Assembly: GCA_965198115.1 (NCBI GenBank)
Contig: OZ240241.1
Span: 32,001 to 96,000 of the forward strand
Direction of reading: 5' to 3'
From: Candidatus Latescibacterota bacterium
Lineage (GTDB): Bacteria; Latescibacterota; UBA2968
DNA length: 64,000 bases
Part shown: positions 1 through 9,929 of the stretch, piece by piece
How the letters are laid out: each line of letters begins with the position of its first letter
How positions within the stretch are numbered: position 1 is the first letter of the stretch
Made by a program: the position numbers and the translations under genes
Notes under the pieces: generated by a model
Told to the model about the DNA's origin: nothing
Seen by the model: only the letters and a program-made list of their open reading frames with translations
Databases searched by the model: none

Positions 1-2415
1 AATCCCGTTCGAGTGTTGCCACCGCCTTCGGGAACTCGTTGCGATATCGTGCGACGAACTGCTTGCGCAGCTTCTCCGCATCCTGACGCGTGCTGGCATA
101 GGGAATCTGGACGAGCAGTGCACGAGCTTGAGGCTGCTGACGTTTGTGGATCTGGTCCGAGACGTTGAGAATCTTGTGGTTCCAGCACCGCTGCTGACGG
201 GTGTGCGGCCAGACCTGATCGACGGCAGACCAGATGCCCATATTGCCATCGGCCGCCATCAGAATGGGGTGATCCAAGCCGCGATCCCGTAGGTCTCTAA
301 GGACAGCCAGCCAGGACTCGGTCGACTCGCGATACCCAGGCACCAGGCCCAGAACCTCTTTGCGGCCGTCACTCATGGCGCCGATCACGACAAGCAGACA
401 CGCCTTATCTTTCTCAAGTCCGGCTTTGACGTAGATCCCATCGGCCCAGGCATACACGAGCTCACGATCGTCCAGGCGTCGTTCCTGCCAGGTCTGGTAA
501 TCAACCTCCCATTGACCGCGGAGGCGAGCAATCGACGAGGGGGAGAGCGGAGCCCCATCACCGAGAAGCCCTCGCAGGGCCAACTCGAAGTCGCCCTGAG
601 ACAGACCGTGGAGATAGAGCTCCGGGAGCAGTTCCCCCACCTCTCTCGTGCGCCGAGCGAACAACGGCAGAATCCTGCTCTCGAAGCGCTCCTCCAAACC
701 GCGAACACGGGGCCGCTTGATCTGGATCGTGCCGCAAGAGGTCGACAATCGCCGCAGCTTCCCATAGCCGTTGCGATAACCGGATCCTGCATCTACGGCT
801 TCTTTGCGGCTCTATCCGGGTTTCTCAACGGTGAAACTATAGAATGACAAGGTCATAGATCGTTCCCTACGCTTGGTTGTGTGTGTAGGACAATCAAAGC
901 GAAGGGGGTGCGACCTATGACCGGGAGCAGATTACTATCGAAACTGCTGAGATTCAAGGGGTTCCGTGTTGTCAGCTGGTGGTTTGAGGGGAGAAGCTGT
1001 TTCGTCATCGCCGTAAAGCCACATAAGAATGGTTGTTGTTGTCCGGAGTGCGGCCGTCGAGGTAAAATCGTCCGCACAATGCCCCATCCGCGTCGGTGGC
1101 GTGACATTCCGGTGTGCGGGTGGAGGGTCTGGCTTCTCTACCATCCTCGGGAGATTCGGTGTCCTACCCACGGTCGTGTGGTCGAGGAGATTCCGTGGGC
1201 GGAGCGGTTCTCTCGGGTGACGTATCGCTTCGAGTATGCCATGCTGCGCTACTGCCAGACCATGACGCAGAAGGCGGCGTCCGAGTTACTGCGCATCTCT
1301 GCCTCGACGCTGTCGGATCTCCTTCACCGATCCATCACGCGGCTTCGTGAAGGTCATCGTATCCGAGGGCTCAAAACCATCGGGATCGACGAGATCTCCT
1401 ACGCCAAGCGTCACAGGTACGCCACGCTCGTTTACGATCTGGACCGCTCCTGCGTGGTGTGGGTTGGCCGCGGCAGGGCGCGTAAAACGATCGATCGGTT
1501 CTTCACAGAGGCTCTCAGTCCCTACCGGAGATCCAAGATCGAGTGGGCCTGCTGCGACATGAGCGAAGCTTACATCGGAGCCATCCAGGAACACTGTCCG
1601 AATGCCAAGCTGGTCCTCGATCGCTTTCACATCGTCAAGGCTCTCAATGCCGCCGTTGACGAGGTCCGTAAGGACCAGTGGCGTAAAGCTGCCCCGGATG
1701 AGCGCAAAGCCATGAAGGGCCTCCGATGGCTCCTCTACCGGCACTCAGCGACACGCTCCAGAGGGGATACTCGGACACTCAAAGCACTGGAGAAGGCGAA
1801 CTACCGAATCTATAGAGCCTGGAGACTCAAGGACGAGTTCGAGCAGTTCTGGGAATACAAAGCGCCCTGGGCTGCCGAACGCTTCCTGAAATGCTGGACG
1901 ACGTCCGCACTCAGAAAGTCGACTTGAACCCCTGCGAAAGTTCGTCAGGACCCTGCGACAGCACTTCTTCGGCGTCCTCGCATTCGTGAACACGCGTCTT
2001 ACCAACGCCATCGCCGAAGGCCTCAACCGAATCGTCCAAATCGTCAAGAACCGAGCCAGCGGATTCCGCACACTCTAACCGCGCCCCCATGCCAGGAACC
2101 ACGGCACCTTCACCCACTTCATCTCGTTGAGAGATCCGGATATAGCCTTCTTTGCGCTCATACCACCCGCGTCCGAGGAACTGGGTCACTTCCTCCTCAA
2201 CGATGGACTGAATGCGAACCTCGATTTCCTTACGCAACCACCCCTCAAGGGTTTCCCACGTCGGCATGGACAACGAGGGGGACTTCGACTTATGTTTTCC
2301 CACGGCGATCCTCCTTCCCACCGGGCCTGTGAACCCGGTATTTCGTGGATATTGTTATCTCACGGGAAGTGTAGGGTCGCCTTTTCTATTTTTCCACACC
2401 TATTGATTGTAGCTC
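1..2415 (-). mobile_element. IS256-family element (lineage A), runs off the window edge, interrupted by an ISL3 at 808-2147
   Basis: Minus-strand N-terminus MGRRIAVGKH...PTWETLEGWLRKEIE (up to 2321) and the continuation in 1-800 are homologous to the intact 416-aa transposase at 29269. Terminal sequence ...TTTCCACACCTATTGATTGTAGCTC ends at about 2415. Confidence 0.85.
808..2147 (+). mobile_element. ISL3-family element, copy 1 (defective: +1 frameshift near 1915 and an 81-bp internal deletion)
   Basis: GGCTCTATCCGG...CCGGATATAGCC termini with an 8-bp target duplication TTCTTTGC (800-807 / 2148-2155). Transposase has a CPECG zinc finger and IGIDE, CCDMS, LDRFH motifs. The deletion lies between TTCCGCACACTC direct repeats relative to the intact copies. 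Confidence 0.95.
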
Positions 2416-2433
2416 AAATGTGAGGGAGGCCGA

Positions 2434-4383
2434 ATGTTCCGCAGATTTTTGGAGGGAATCACCTCCAAAGAGCGCAGGTTAACTGTCAGCAGCGAGAACG
2501 TGGAACTACATCCTGGTCAAAACGGCGAGAAACTTGCGCTCATGAAAGCGGGGATAGGAGGAGAGTATGTTCCGGTGAGGCCTGCTGAGGCCAAACTCTT
2601 GCGCCGCGCTCAAGAGAGTGGCGGTGTCAGGGTGTCTGATTTAGTCTACTGGAAGTATAGCGACCTGTGGTGGCTAGTCAGCAAACCTTTTGCCTCTATA
2701 TCGACCGGGATGTTTAGAAGATTCGGGCAGTCCATCCAGCGGTACTTTGACAGAGTGTTGATGGTGAATCGTCTGCTCTTCTATCCGATTAGAAGGATGC
2801 TGAGGTTGGGCCCAAGGGGGAGTTGCTTTGATGCGGTTGTTGTCCTTTGGTCGGGATCAGACTGTTACCAACGGATTGTAAGCATTGGACGAGAGATGGC
2901 GGATTCTCTTAAGGATGAGGGACCACGAGCTTACTTGGTAGCAGATGAAGATGAGAGCTTGATGGTCAGAGATCTCTGTCACCTATATCAAACGCAGAAG
3001 CTTGACATCTTGTTGCAGACATTTGACCAGAAGAACTACAGAGTACTTCTGGTTGTCGACTTTAGACTCTTCTGGCGAACACTTCTTGCTATCGCACGGA
3101 TCAGACTCCGGGGACATAAAGTGTGGATAGCAAGCCTCTGTGCGAGATCCAGCGTATTCTCCTTCTATTTTCGTTTCTCTCCGTGGAATATGTCCGTTGT
3201 GATGGTCGACAGGGCGTTGAGCGCTGTGAAAAACATGATTGTCCGCACATTACTTTGCTTTTGGTCAGCCGGCAGGAAGCGGCAAGGGGGCACTGAGGGC
3301 ATCCTTGTAATAAACACTTGTACTAGTCTAGGCGACACGATCTTGAACATGCGGCTTGTGAAGCATGCGGGTGGAGAGCTTGATGCCAAGCCGTACGTTG
3401 GCGTTTTCGATCCTCGTAGCGAGATGTTATGGAAGGCCGTTCCAAACGTTGAGGTAATTCGATTCGAACGTAGTGGAACGGGCAAGGTGCTCTCAACCCT
3501 TATCAAGAACATTCGGACACTCGTGTCCCTGAGGAATCAAGTACGCTTTACTCATGCAGTCAATGCGTACGGCCATAGAGAAGACATGATGATGATAGAC
3601 TACTTGCTATGGTCCTCGGGTGCCCCGATTCGCGTGGGTGTCTGCTCACCTCCGTATCTCTTTGGATCGTTCTCAAGTTTACTTACACACCAAGTTAGCT
3701 TGGATTCCTACATAAAGTCTGGCAGATATGAATCTGTACTCTGTAGGCTCCATGAGAGCATTCTTGCTTGCCTGACTGGTGGGGGGCACCGCTCTGTTGA
3801 TCTCGACCTTCCCGAATTGATAATACCTGACCAGGCGGCTGCAAAGCGCGCTGAGGCCGCTATTCGGAAGTCGATCTCGACCGGCCGTGAGTTCATCCTG
3901 CTTGCCCCGACTTCCAAGAGAAACAAGATGATTCCACCATTGATAGCGAAGAAATTGGTTTCGCGCATCGTTGAGAGACTAGGAAGAGATGTTCTTGTGA
4001 CCTGTACGCAGAACGAACTGTGGCAGGTTAGGTCTCTACGGTCTCCTAACGTCCACATCATTGGTCCCCTTGATATTTACCAGCTCGCAGAGACGTGCCG
4101 GCGTGCATCTTGCGTTCTGGCTATTGACAATGGCTCCATGCACCTTGCGTGCTGGGCAGGTGCAAGAGTAGTAGGGATTTTCGGGCCGACGGATCCTCTG
4201 CTGTGGCTTCCACATAGAAGGTCCGGGGTTGAAGTAGTGCGCACGTCAGTTTGTGAACCTTGTGGAAACGTCTTCAGTTGTCATCTTGATGATGCTTCTG
4301 AGGTGAGAAGCTGCCTAAACACGCTGGACCCTGACGACGTGGTTGATGCTATCATCAGAACAGAAATCTGCACTAATATGTGA
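2434..4383 (+). CDS. Glycosyltransferase family 9 (heptosyltransferase-like) with a long N-terminal extension
   Basis: GT9 motifs SLGDTIL, IDNGSMHLA, GARVVGIFGPTDP and a C-terminal CEPC..C cluster. RBS GAGGGAGG before the ATG. Confidence 0.85.
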   Translation: MFRRFLEGITSKERRLTVSSENVELHPGQNGEKLALMKAGIGGEYVPVRPAEAKLLRRAQESGGVRVSDLVYWKYSDLWWLVSKPFASISTGMFRRFGQSIQRYFDRVLMVNRLLFYPIRRMLRLGPRGSCFDAVVVLWSGSDCYQRIVSIGREMADSLKDEGPRAYLVADEDESLMVRDLCHLYQTQKLDILLQTFDQKNYRVLLVVDFRLFWRTLLAIARIRLRGHKVWIASLCARSSVFSFYFRFSPWNMSVVMVDRALSAVKNMIVRTLLCFWSAGRKRQGGTEGILVINTCTSLGDTILNMRLVKHAGGELDAKPYVGVFDPRSEMLWKAVPNVEVIRFERSGTGKVLSTLIKNIRTLVSLRNQVRFTHAVNAYGHREDMMMIDYLLWSSGAPIRVGVCSPPYLFGSFSSLLTHQVSLDSYIKSGRYESVLCRLHESILACLTGGGHRSVDLDLPELIIPDQAAAKRAEAAIRKSISTGREFILLAPTSKRNKMIPPLIAKKLVSRIVERLGRDVLVTCTQNELWQVRSLRSPNVHIIGPLDIYQLAETCRRASCVLAIDNGSMHLACWAGARVVGIFGPTDPLLWLPHRRSGVEVVRTSVCEPCGNVFSCHLDDASEVRSCLNTLDPDDVVDAIIRTEICTNM

Positions 4384-4502
4384 GGTTGAATGGATTTCAT
4401 CTGGTTAAGAGTTGTCCAGTCAGTGGCACAAGCGCGAGAACGTCGTCAGCTACCTCCCGGAGAGGGAACGTCCAAGAGTTCGACGGAAGCTTCAGAAAGC
4501 CT

Positions 4503-5487
4503 TGATTAGCGACAATTAGAACTCCCACCCTCATTGCCTCACGAACAAATGTTACCATAGCGAGCCCCCATACCCAAGATCGTTGGTCCTCGATGTGTTG
4601 GTCCTGGTGGGGAGTCTTCCGTGAGCCAACAGAGAGAGGAGAGCCACCGAGGCAACGAGAGCTTCTTTGGATGCGCTGGTCGTGTGTCAGGACGACGGGG
4701 CTAGCAACTGTGCGCTCTGAGCGGCCTTAACTTCGGTGCTTTTCGGTTCGGGGCGTTGAACTGGCCCGGTCTCGTTGGTCTCTCCCTTATCGTCGATGCA
4801 AGCGTAGACAAGCTCCCTTGCCATGATCTGCCGCCATTCACGAATGCGACGCTGCATTGTCCTTAGTTGTCCGTCTGGAAAACGCCCGGGGTGCTGCTGC
4901 TGAAGACGCTGGAACAGTGTTTTTGCTGTGGCGTCAGGCTCGTCCTGTAACCAAGCTAGGACTTCCAATCAGACGTTCTCGAACGGATCCTCTCTGGTTC
5001 GCCAATGCCGTGGTTCAGTCGGATGGGCACGGTGAGTCGGGCGAACTTCGCCAGATCGCCACAGTTGTGGAAGCTGCGTAAGAAACTGATCGAGTGTCTT
5101 TCGACCGGTCCTTCGACGATGCTATCGGTCGAGACCAGGGCTGCCAGCGCAGCTTGGGCATCACGCAGCCGATGCAGAATCGCCACAGGGTCAAGCTGCA
5201 GACGCAGCTCTCGGAGGATCTCCTTGGTGTCATTCTGGACCGCGGGGTGATTTACAAGGCGCTCGCATGGCGTTCTCGGGCGATCGTAAGCCCTCTTTAC
5301 TTTGGCACCTTGACGCGTCTTACTGAGCAGTTTAGACGATTCAACGAGCTCCTGTCTGGTGTTCGTACTGATTCTTCTGCCCATCGCTTGCCTCCAATTT
5401 GGGTAACAATTCCTTTGAGGCAACAATCTTTGCTTGGTAACACAATCCCTGAGGCCATGGGGCGGGAAGAATGGTTGACGCCGGACA
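4503..5487 (-). mobile_element. Internally deleted rve/DDE-integrase-type IS (IS481/IS21-like, family uncertain), copy 1
   Basis: Termini TGATTAGCGACAATTAGAACTCCCACC and GGCGGGAAGAATGGTTGACGCCGGACA with a 6-bp target duplication AAGCCT. Remnant ORFs (YDRPRTPCERL; GQLRTMQRRIREWR) are homologous to 34453-36058. Confidence 0.8.
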
Positions 5488-5702
5488 AAGCCTATGACTG
5501 CGACACCTACGAGGAGGCAAAGGCCGCACTCGAATCACTTAAACCCGAACTGAAGCTGATGAATCAGTCTGCCGTGGCAAGCCTCGAGGAAGGACTGGAG
5601 GAAACCCTGACCCTCCACCGGCTGGGGATGCTCCCGTTCTTGAAGCGAGCTTCCGAACCACCAACTGCATCGAAGCCCTCAACAGCATGACCGGCGACCT
5701 CA

Positions 5703-7091
5703 GGTGATGTGCCCATCTTAGTTGAAATTTAGAGGGCTCCAGACTTACGTTGGGTACGTGTGTGTCGAGCACGTGTACCCGTAAGAAAGGAGCCCACGAT
5801 GGAGAAGCTATTTGTAGGAGATGGTGAAGTCAAGGTTGAGGCGAATGTCCTGGATCTGGATACGCGAGTTGCGATGATCCAGGCGTTGATTCCGATCGGT
5901 CTGGAGGCCGTGAGCGAGGTTCTGCAGCACGAGGTGCGAGAGCTGGCCGGCGGTCGGTATGCTCGGAAGAGCGTTGACCAGTCCCTCCGGCGCTGGGGCA
6001 AGCAGAAGGGGTGGGTGTATCTGGGCGACCAGAAGCTGCCGATTGGGGTGCCTCGTGTTCGAGACTCAGCAACGGGCGTTGAGGTGCCGCTGAACGTGTA
6101 TAAGGCACTCCAAAGTTCACAGGAGCTGGATGAGGGGATGTTGCTACGCGTGATCAAAGGAATCTCCTGTCGGAATTACCAGGCTTGTGCGCTCGCCGTC
6201 CCTGAGACCTTCGGTATTTCGGCTTCATCGGTCTCTCGGAGGTTCATCAAGGCCAGCGCCAAGAAGCTCAAGCAGTTCCAGGAACGCCCTCTCGACGACT
6301 ACGATTTCGTGGCTCTTTTCATTGACGGGAAGAGCTTCGCCGACGAGCAGATGGTGATCGCTCTGGGTGTCACGATGGATGGCCAGAAGATCCCCCTGGG
6401 CTTCGTCGAATCAGCGACGGAGAACGAACGGGTCTGCCGCCAGTTGATCCAGCATCTTATCCGTAGAGGCCTGCGCTATGATCAAGGCCTCCTCGTTGTA
6501 CTGGACGGCTCCAAGGGCCTCTACAGTGCGGTCACGAAAGCTCTGAAAGGGTATGTCCGAGTCCACCGCTGCCAGTGGCACAAGCGAGAGAATGCCGTCA
6601 GCTATCTTCCTGAGTCAGAACGCCCGAGAATCCGGCGCAAGCTCCAAAAAGCCTACGACTGCAACTCTTATAGAGAAGCAAAAGCTGCGCTCGAGGCCCT
6701 CAAGCCGGAACTCAAACTGATGAATCAATCTGCCCTGACGAGTCTCGAAGAAGGGTTGGAGGAAACCCTGACCCTCCACCGTCTGGGCATGATCCCCGTT
6801 CCTGAAGCGCAGCTTCAGGACCTCGAACTGTATCGAATCTCTCAACAGTATGGCCGGCGATCTCACCCGGAAGGTCAAACGTTGGACCCACTCTCCTCAG
6901 AGACACAGATGGATCGCCGCCGCACTCCTCGACATCGAACCTCGACTGCGTCGCGTGAAGGGATACAAACACCTACCGCTGCTCAGGCAGGCCTTGAAAA
7001 ACGACTTGGATCTCGATACACAGGATGCGCGGCAAAGCGCATGAGCAAATCTTGGAGCCCGATAAGTTTCAACTGAGAATGGGACTTGACC
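5703..7091 (+). mobile_element. IS256-family element (lineage B), transposase frameshifted near 6797
   Basis: 8-bp target duplication CGACCTCA (5695-5702 / 7092-7099). Mutator-type motifs FIDGK, VLDGSKGL, RCQWHK. Confidence 0.92.
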
Positions 7092-7349
7092 CGACCTCAC
7101 TCGGAAGGTCAGACGCTGGAACAACTCTCCCCAGAAACACAGATGGGTGGCGGCCGCACTCCTCGACATCGAACCACGCCTGCGACGCGTGAGCGGATAC
7201 AAACACCTCCCGCTGCTCAGGCAAGCACTGAAGAAAAACAACCTGAATCTCGGCGACAATCAAGATGGCTCGGCAGAGAGCATGAATACCACGGAGCCCG
7301 ATGAGTTTCAACTGACTATGGGACTTGACCCTAACCGGAGTGAAAAACA

Positions 7350-8996
7350 ATGAATCTGCTCGCAATTAACTTCAATCACGACGGATCTGCTGCTTTGATG
7401 TGCGATGGTGTGATAACCGGGTTTGTCAATACGGAGAGATTTTCGCGAAAGAAAAAGCAACCAGGAATCCGAGAATGTGATATAGATGAATTACTCGGGC
7501 AGGGAGGTATACGTATTGACGAGATTGACGGCGCCTTGATGTGCAACCTGAATAACATGGATTCCCCGGACATCCCTAGGCTGTACGGAACAGATCTCAA
7601 AGAAGAGTGGCTTGGATTCGAAGTGGATCCTGATCAACGACATGTGACGATAAGGGGAAACCGAATCCGCTGTAAAGTGAATCCAGATCACCACTTGCTC
7701 CATTGCGCCCTGGCGTTTTACACGTCACCGTTCGATTCTGCAATGGTCTTCTCATCGGATCCCGTGGGTTGGGCATCTTACGTGGGTAAAGGCCACGAGA
7801 TGAGAGGAGTCCAGAACGTCCCTGGTCAGTTCAACGCGCCAGAGCTTTATAGTAGGGTTGCCGAGTCCCTGTTTGGTACAGGGATTATGGGAGCAGGAAA
7901 GGTAATGGGGCTCGCCCCTTACGGGTTTCGAGAGTTGGATCTGGACTATGCTCAATTATCAGATGTCAGGACTACTATATCGCTTTATCGAGCCTTACGG
8001 AAACTTGGCATAGGCAGGGTGGTAGTCCAGGAAGATGAAAAAGCATATAATGCTAGTCTTGCATACCACACACAGGAGATTCTCGACTTTCAGTTAATCT
8101 CCATCCTCAAAGAGTTACACGAGGTTTCGGTGCAGGAAGGTGTTGATCCGAATCTATGCTTGGGAGGGGGAACGGCTCTCAATTCCGTCGCGAATCAGAA
8201 GGCGTTCAGCCACAGCCCGTTCACAGATCTTTTCTTGCATCCCGCGTGCGGAGATGACGGTACTACACTTGGGGCAGTTCTCTGGCACTGGCATCACGTG
8301 ATGAAGAATCCTAGGAGGAACTACTTAAACACCGACCTTATGTACACGAAAAAATGCTATCGAAGTGATCAGGTAGATGCCGTTCTGTTGTCAGGGAAGT
8401 ATCGAAACCATCTTACTGTCTGGAAGCATCCTGATCCTCTCCCGACGGTTGCTCGGATGATCAGCTCTGGCGCGATTGTAAGTCTGTTCGAGGGAGGAAG
8501 CGAAATTGGACCTCGTGCTCTTGGTCATAGAAGCATAATAGCAGATCCCCGTCGGCTGGGGATGCGGGATCAATTGAACGTAAAGGTAAAACATAGAGAA
8601 GCCTTTCGCCCGTTTGCCCCAGCAGTAATACAAGAACACTCCAGTTCGTGGTTTGATCTAAATTATAGCCCATTCATGTTACGGGTTGCGAATGTATTGA
8701 GGCCCAAAGAAGTCCCATCTATCACACACGTGGATGGCACCGCGCGCATCCAAACGGTCGGCCCTAATGACGATCAACGATTCCGAAAGTTGCTTGAACA
8801 CTTCTACTCAATGACGGGAGTTCCTGTTCTTCTCAATACGTCCTTCAACATTAGAGGTGAACCCATAGTAGAAACGCCTGAGGACGCAATAAGTGCGCTA
8901 CTACGGTCCGAAATGGACTGTGTCGTCTTTAGTGACTGCATCGTGCAAAAGAGAGACGGTGGTGATAAGTCCGCTTCCAGTTGTGTCGCCGATTGA
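7350..8996 (+). CDS. Carbamoyltransferase, CmcH/NodU family
   Basis: Motifs NHDGSAAL, HHLLH, GKVMGLAPYG, GGTALNSVAN, GPRALGHRS, HVDGTARIQTV, LNTSFN. RBS GGAG. Confidence 0.95.
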   Translation: MNLLAINFNHDGSAALMCDGVITGFVNTERFSRKKKQPGIRECDIDELLGQGGIRIDEIDGALMCNLNNMDSPDIPRLYGTDLKEEWLGFEVDPDQRHVTIRGNRIRCKVNPDHHLLHCALAFYTSPFDSAMVFSSDPVGWASYVGKGHEMRGVQNVPGQFNAPELYSRVAESLFGTGIMGAGKVMGLAPYGFRELDLDYAQLSDVRTTISLYRALRKLGIGRVVVQEDEKAYNASLAYHTQEILDFQLISILKELHEVSVQEGVDPNLCLGGGTALNSVANQKAFSHSPFTDLFLHPACGDDGTTLGAVLWHWHHVMKNPRRNYLNTDLMYTKKCYRSDQVDAVLLSGKYRNHLTVWKHPDPLPTVARMISSGAIVSLFEGGSEIGPRALGHRSIIADPRRLGMRDQLNVKVKHREAFRPFAPAVIQEHSSSWFDLNYSPFMLRVANVLRPKEVPSITHVDGTARIQTVGPNDDQRFRKLLEHFYSMTGVPVLLNTSFNIRGEPIVETPEDAISALLRSEMDCVVFSDCIVQKRDGGDKSASSCVAD

Positions 8997-9059
8997 GAAA
9001 GTACCTACCTTTGTCTCCTTTCTCCGATGCGGCTCTTTCGAATTTCTGGCGAAACGAGA

Positions 9060-9890
9060 TTAAGTTGAAGTCTCAAGAAGTTCTGGGATCTTAGTAGTTA
9101 GTCGGTCAAGGGGTTTCAAAAGGTTGGAGGCCTTTAGGAATTCAACGAATATAGTTCGGTTCACTGCGTTTACGAAGTTTTCGGTAACAGCCAGACTCGT
9201 TTCTAGATTCCGTACTTGGTGCCACCACAGACTTGGTATATATATGATCTCCCCTGGCAGCTGTTTGCAATAGTAGGGGTTGGCCTTCTCAATCCTCTCT
9301 GGGTTGGTATCGAAAGCGTCAATACATTCCAGTCCGAGGTGTTCAACCTTCCCTGGGGGAAAGATCATCCACTCCTTAGCACCGCTGATTAGCGCCAGCC
9401 ATGCAGCTGTGTGCCACACATCATTGTGAAGGGGGGAGCCTGAGCCGGCTGGACCTAAGAAGATCCATTTCCAGCTAGGTCGTCGGTCTAGTGGGTATAT
9501 GTCTAGCCAATTGCTCAAATAATGCGGAACCGTGTAGTGCTTCAGCAACTCAGGATGTCTCTTCTCAATGCTCCAATTTTTCAGATATAGTGTGCGACTG
9601 TCGGTCCTTTCCTCTATGTAGTCTATGTAATCGGCCACCGGCATTGTGGATGTTTCTTCCACCACGCCCATCCCTTGGGCCCCTGGCTTCTGATCTGTGA
9701 CATTAACAACGAAGCTGCCGAATTTATCCCTTAAGAAGTCAAGGCTCCAGGTCTGCATGGCTTGCCATTGTCCAGCCTCCCCTCGTATGATTGCAGGTTT
9801 CGAGGTATTTCCGAACCTGGCCATGAATTCCCCCGATGATTTTTTACCCTTACCCTCAAGGACCTCAACGGAATTGGGCTCTATCTCCAT
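9060..9890 (-). CDS. JmjC/cupin-8 Fe(II)/2-oxoglutarate oxygenase
   Basis: GPAGSGSPLHND, GAKEWMIFPP, PGEIIYIPSLWWHQV (HxD...H triad). Start placed at ATG 9890 after GGAGG. Confidence 0.92.
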   Translation of the reverse strand: MEIEPNSVEVLEGKGKKSSGEFMARFGNTSKPAIIRGEAGQWQAMQTWSLDFLRDKFGSFVVNVTDQKPGAQGMGVVEETSTMPVADYIDYIEERTDSRTLYLKNWSIEKRHPELLKHYTVPHYLSNWLDIYPLDRRPSWKWIFLGPAGSGSPLHNDVWHTAAWLALISGAKEWMIFPPGKVEHLGLECIDAFDTNPERIEKANPYYCKQLPGEIIYIPSLWWHQVRNLETSLAVTENFVNAVNRTIFVEFLKASNLLKPLDRLTTKIPELLETST

Positions 9891-9929
9891 GGTTACCTCC
9901 AATTCAGGGGCATTCACACCTTGCCCGGA

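Larger units (their letters stand above)
4419..7330 (+). mobile_element. 5'-truncated IS256 element (lineage B) carrying two nested insertions
   Basis: QWHKRENVVSYLPE...KLQKAYDC coding at 4419-4502 resumes at 5488-5702 and 7092-7330. Right end TTTCAACTGACTATGGGACTTGACC at 7330. Confidence 0.85.
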
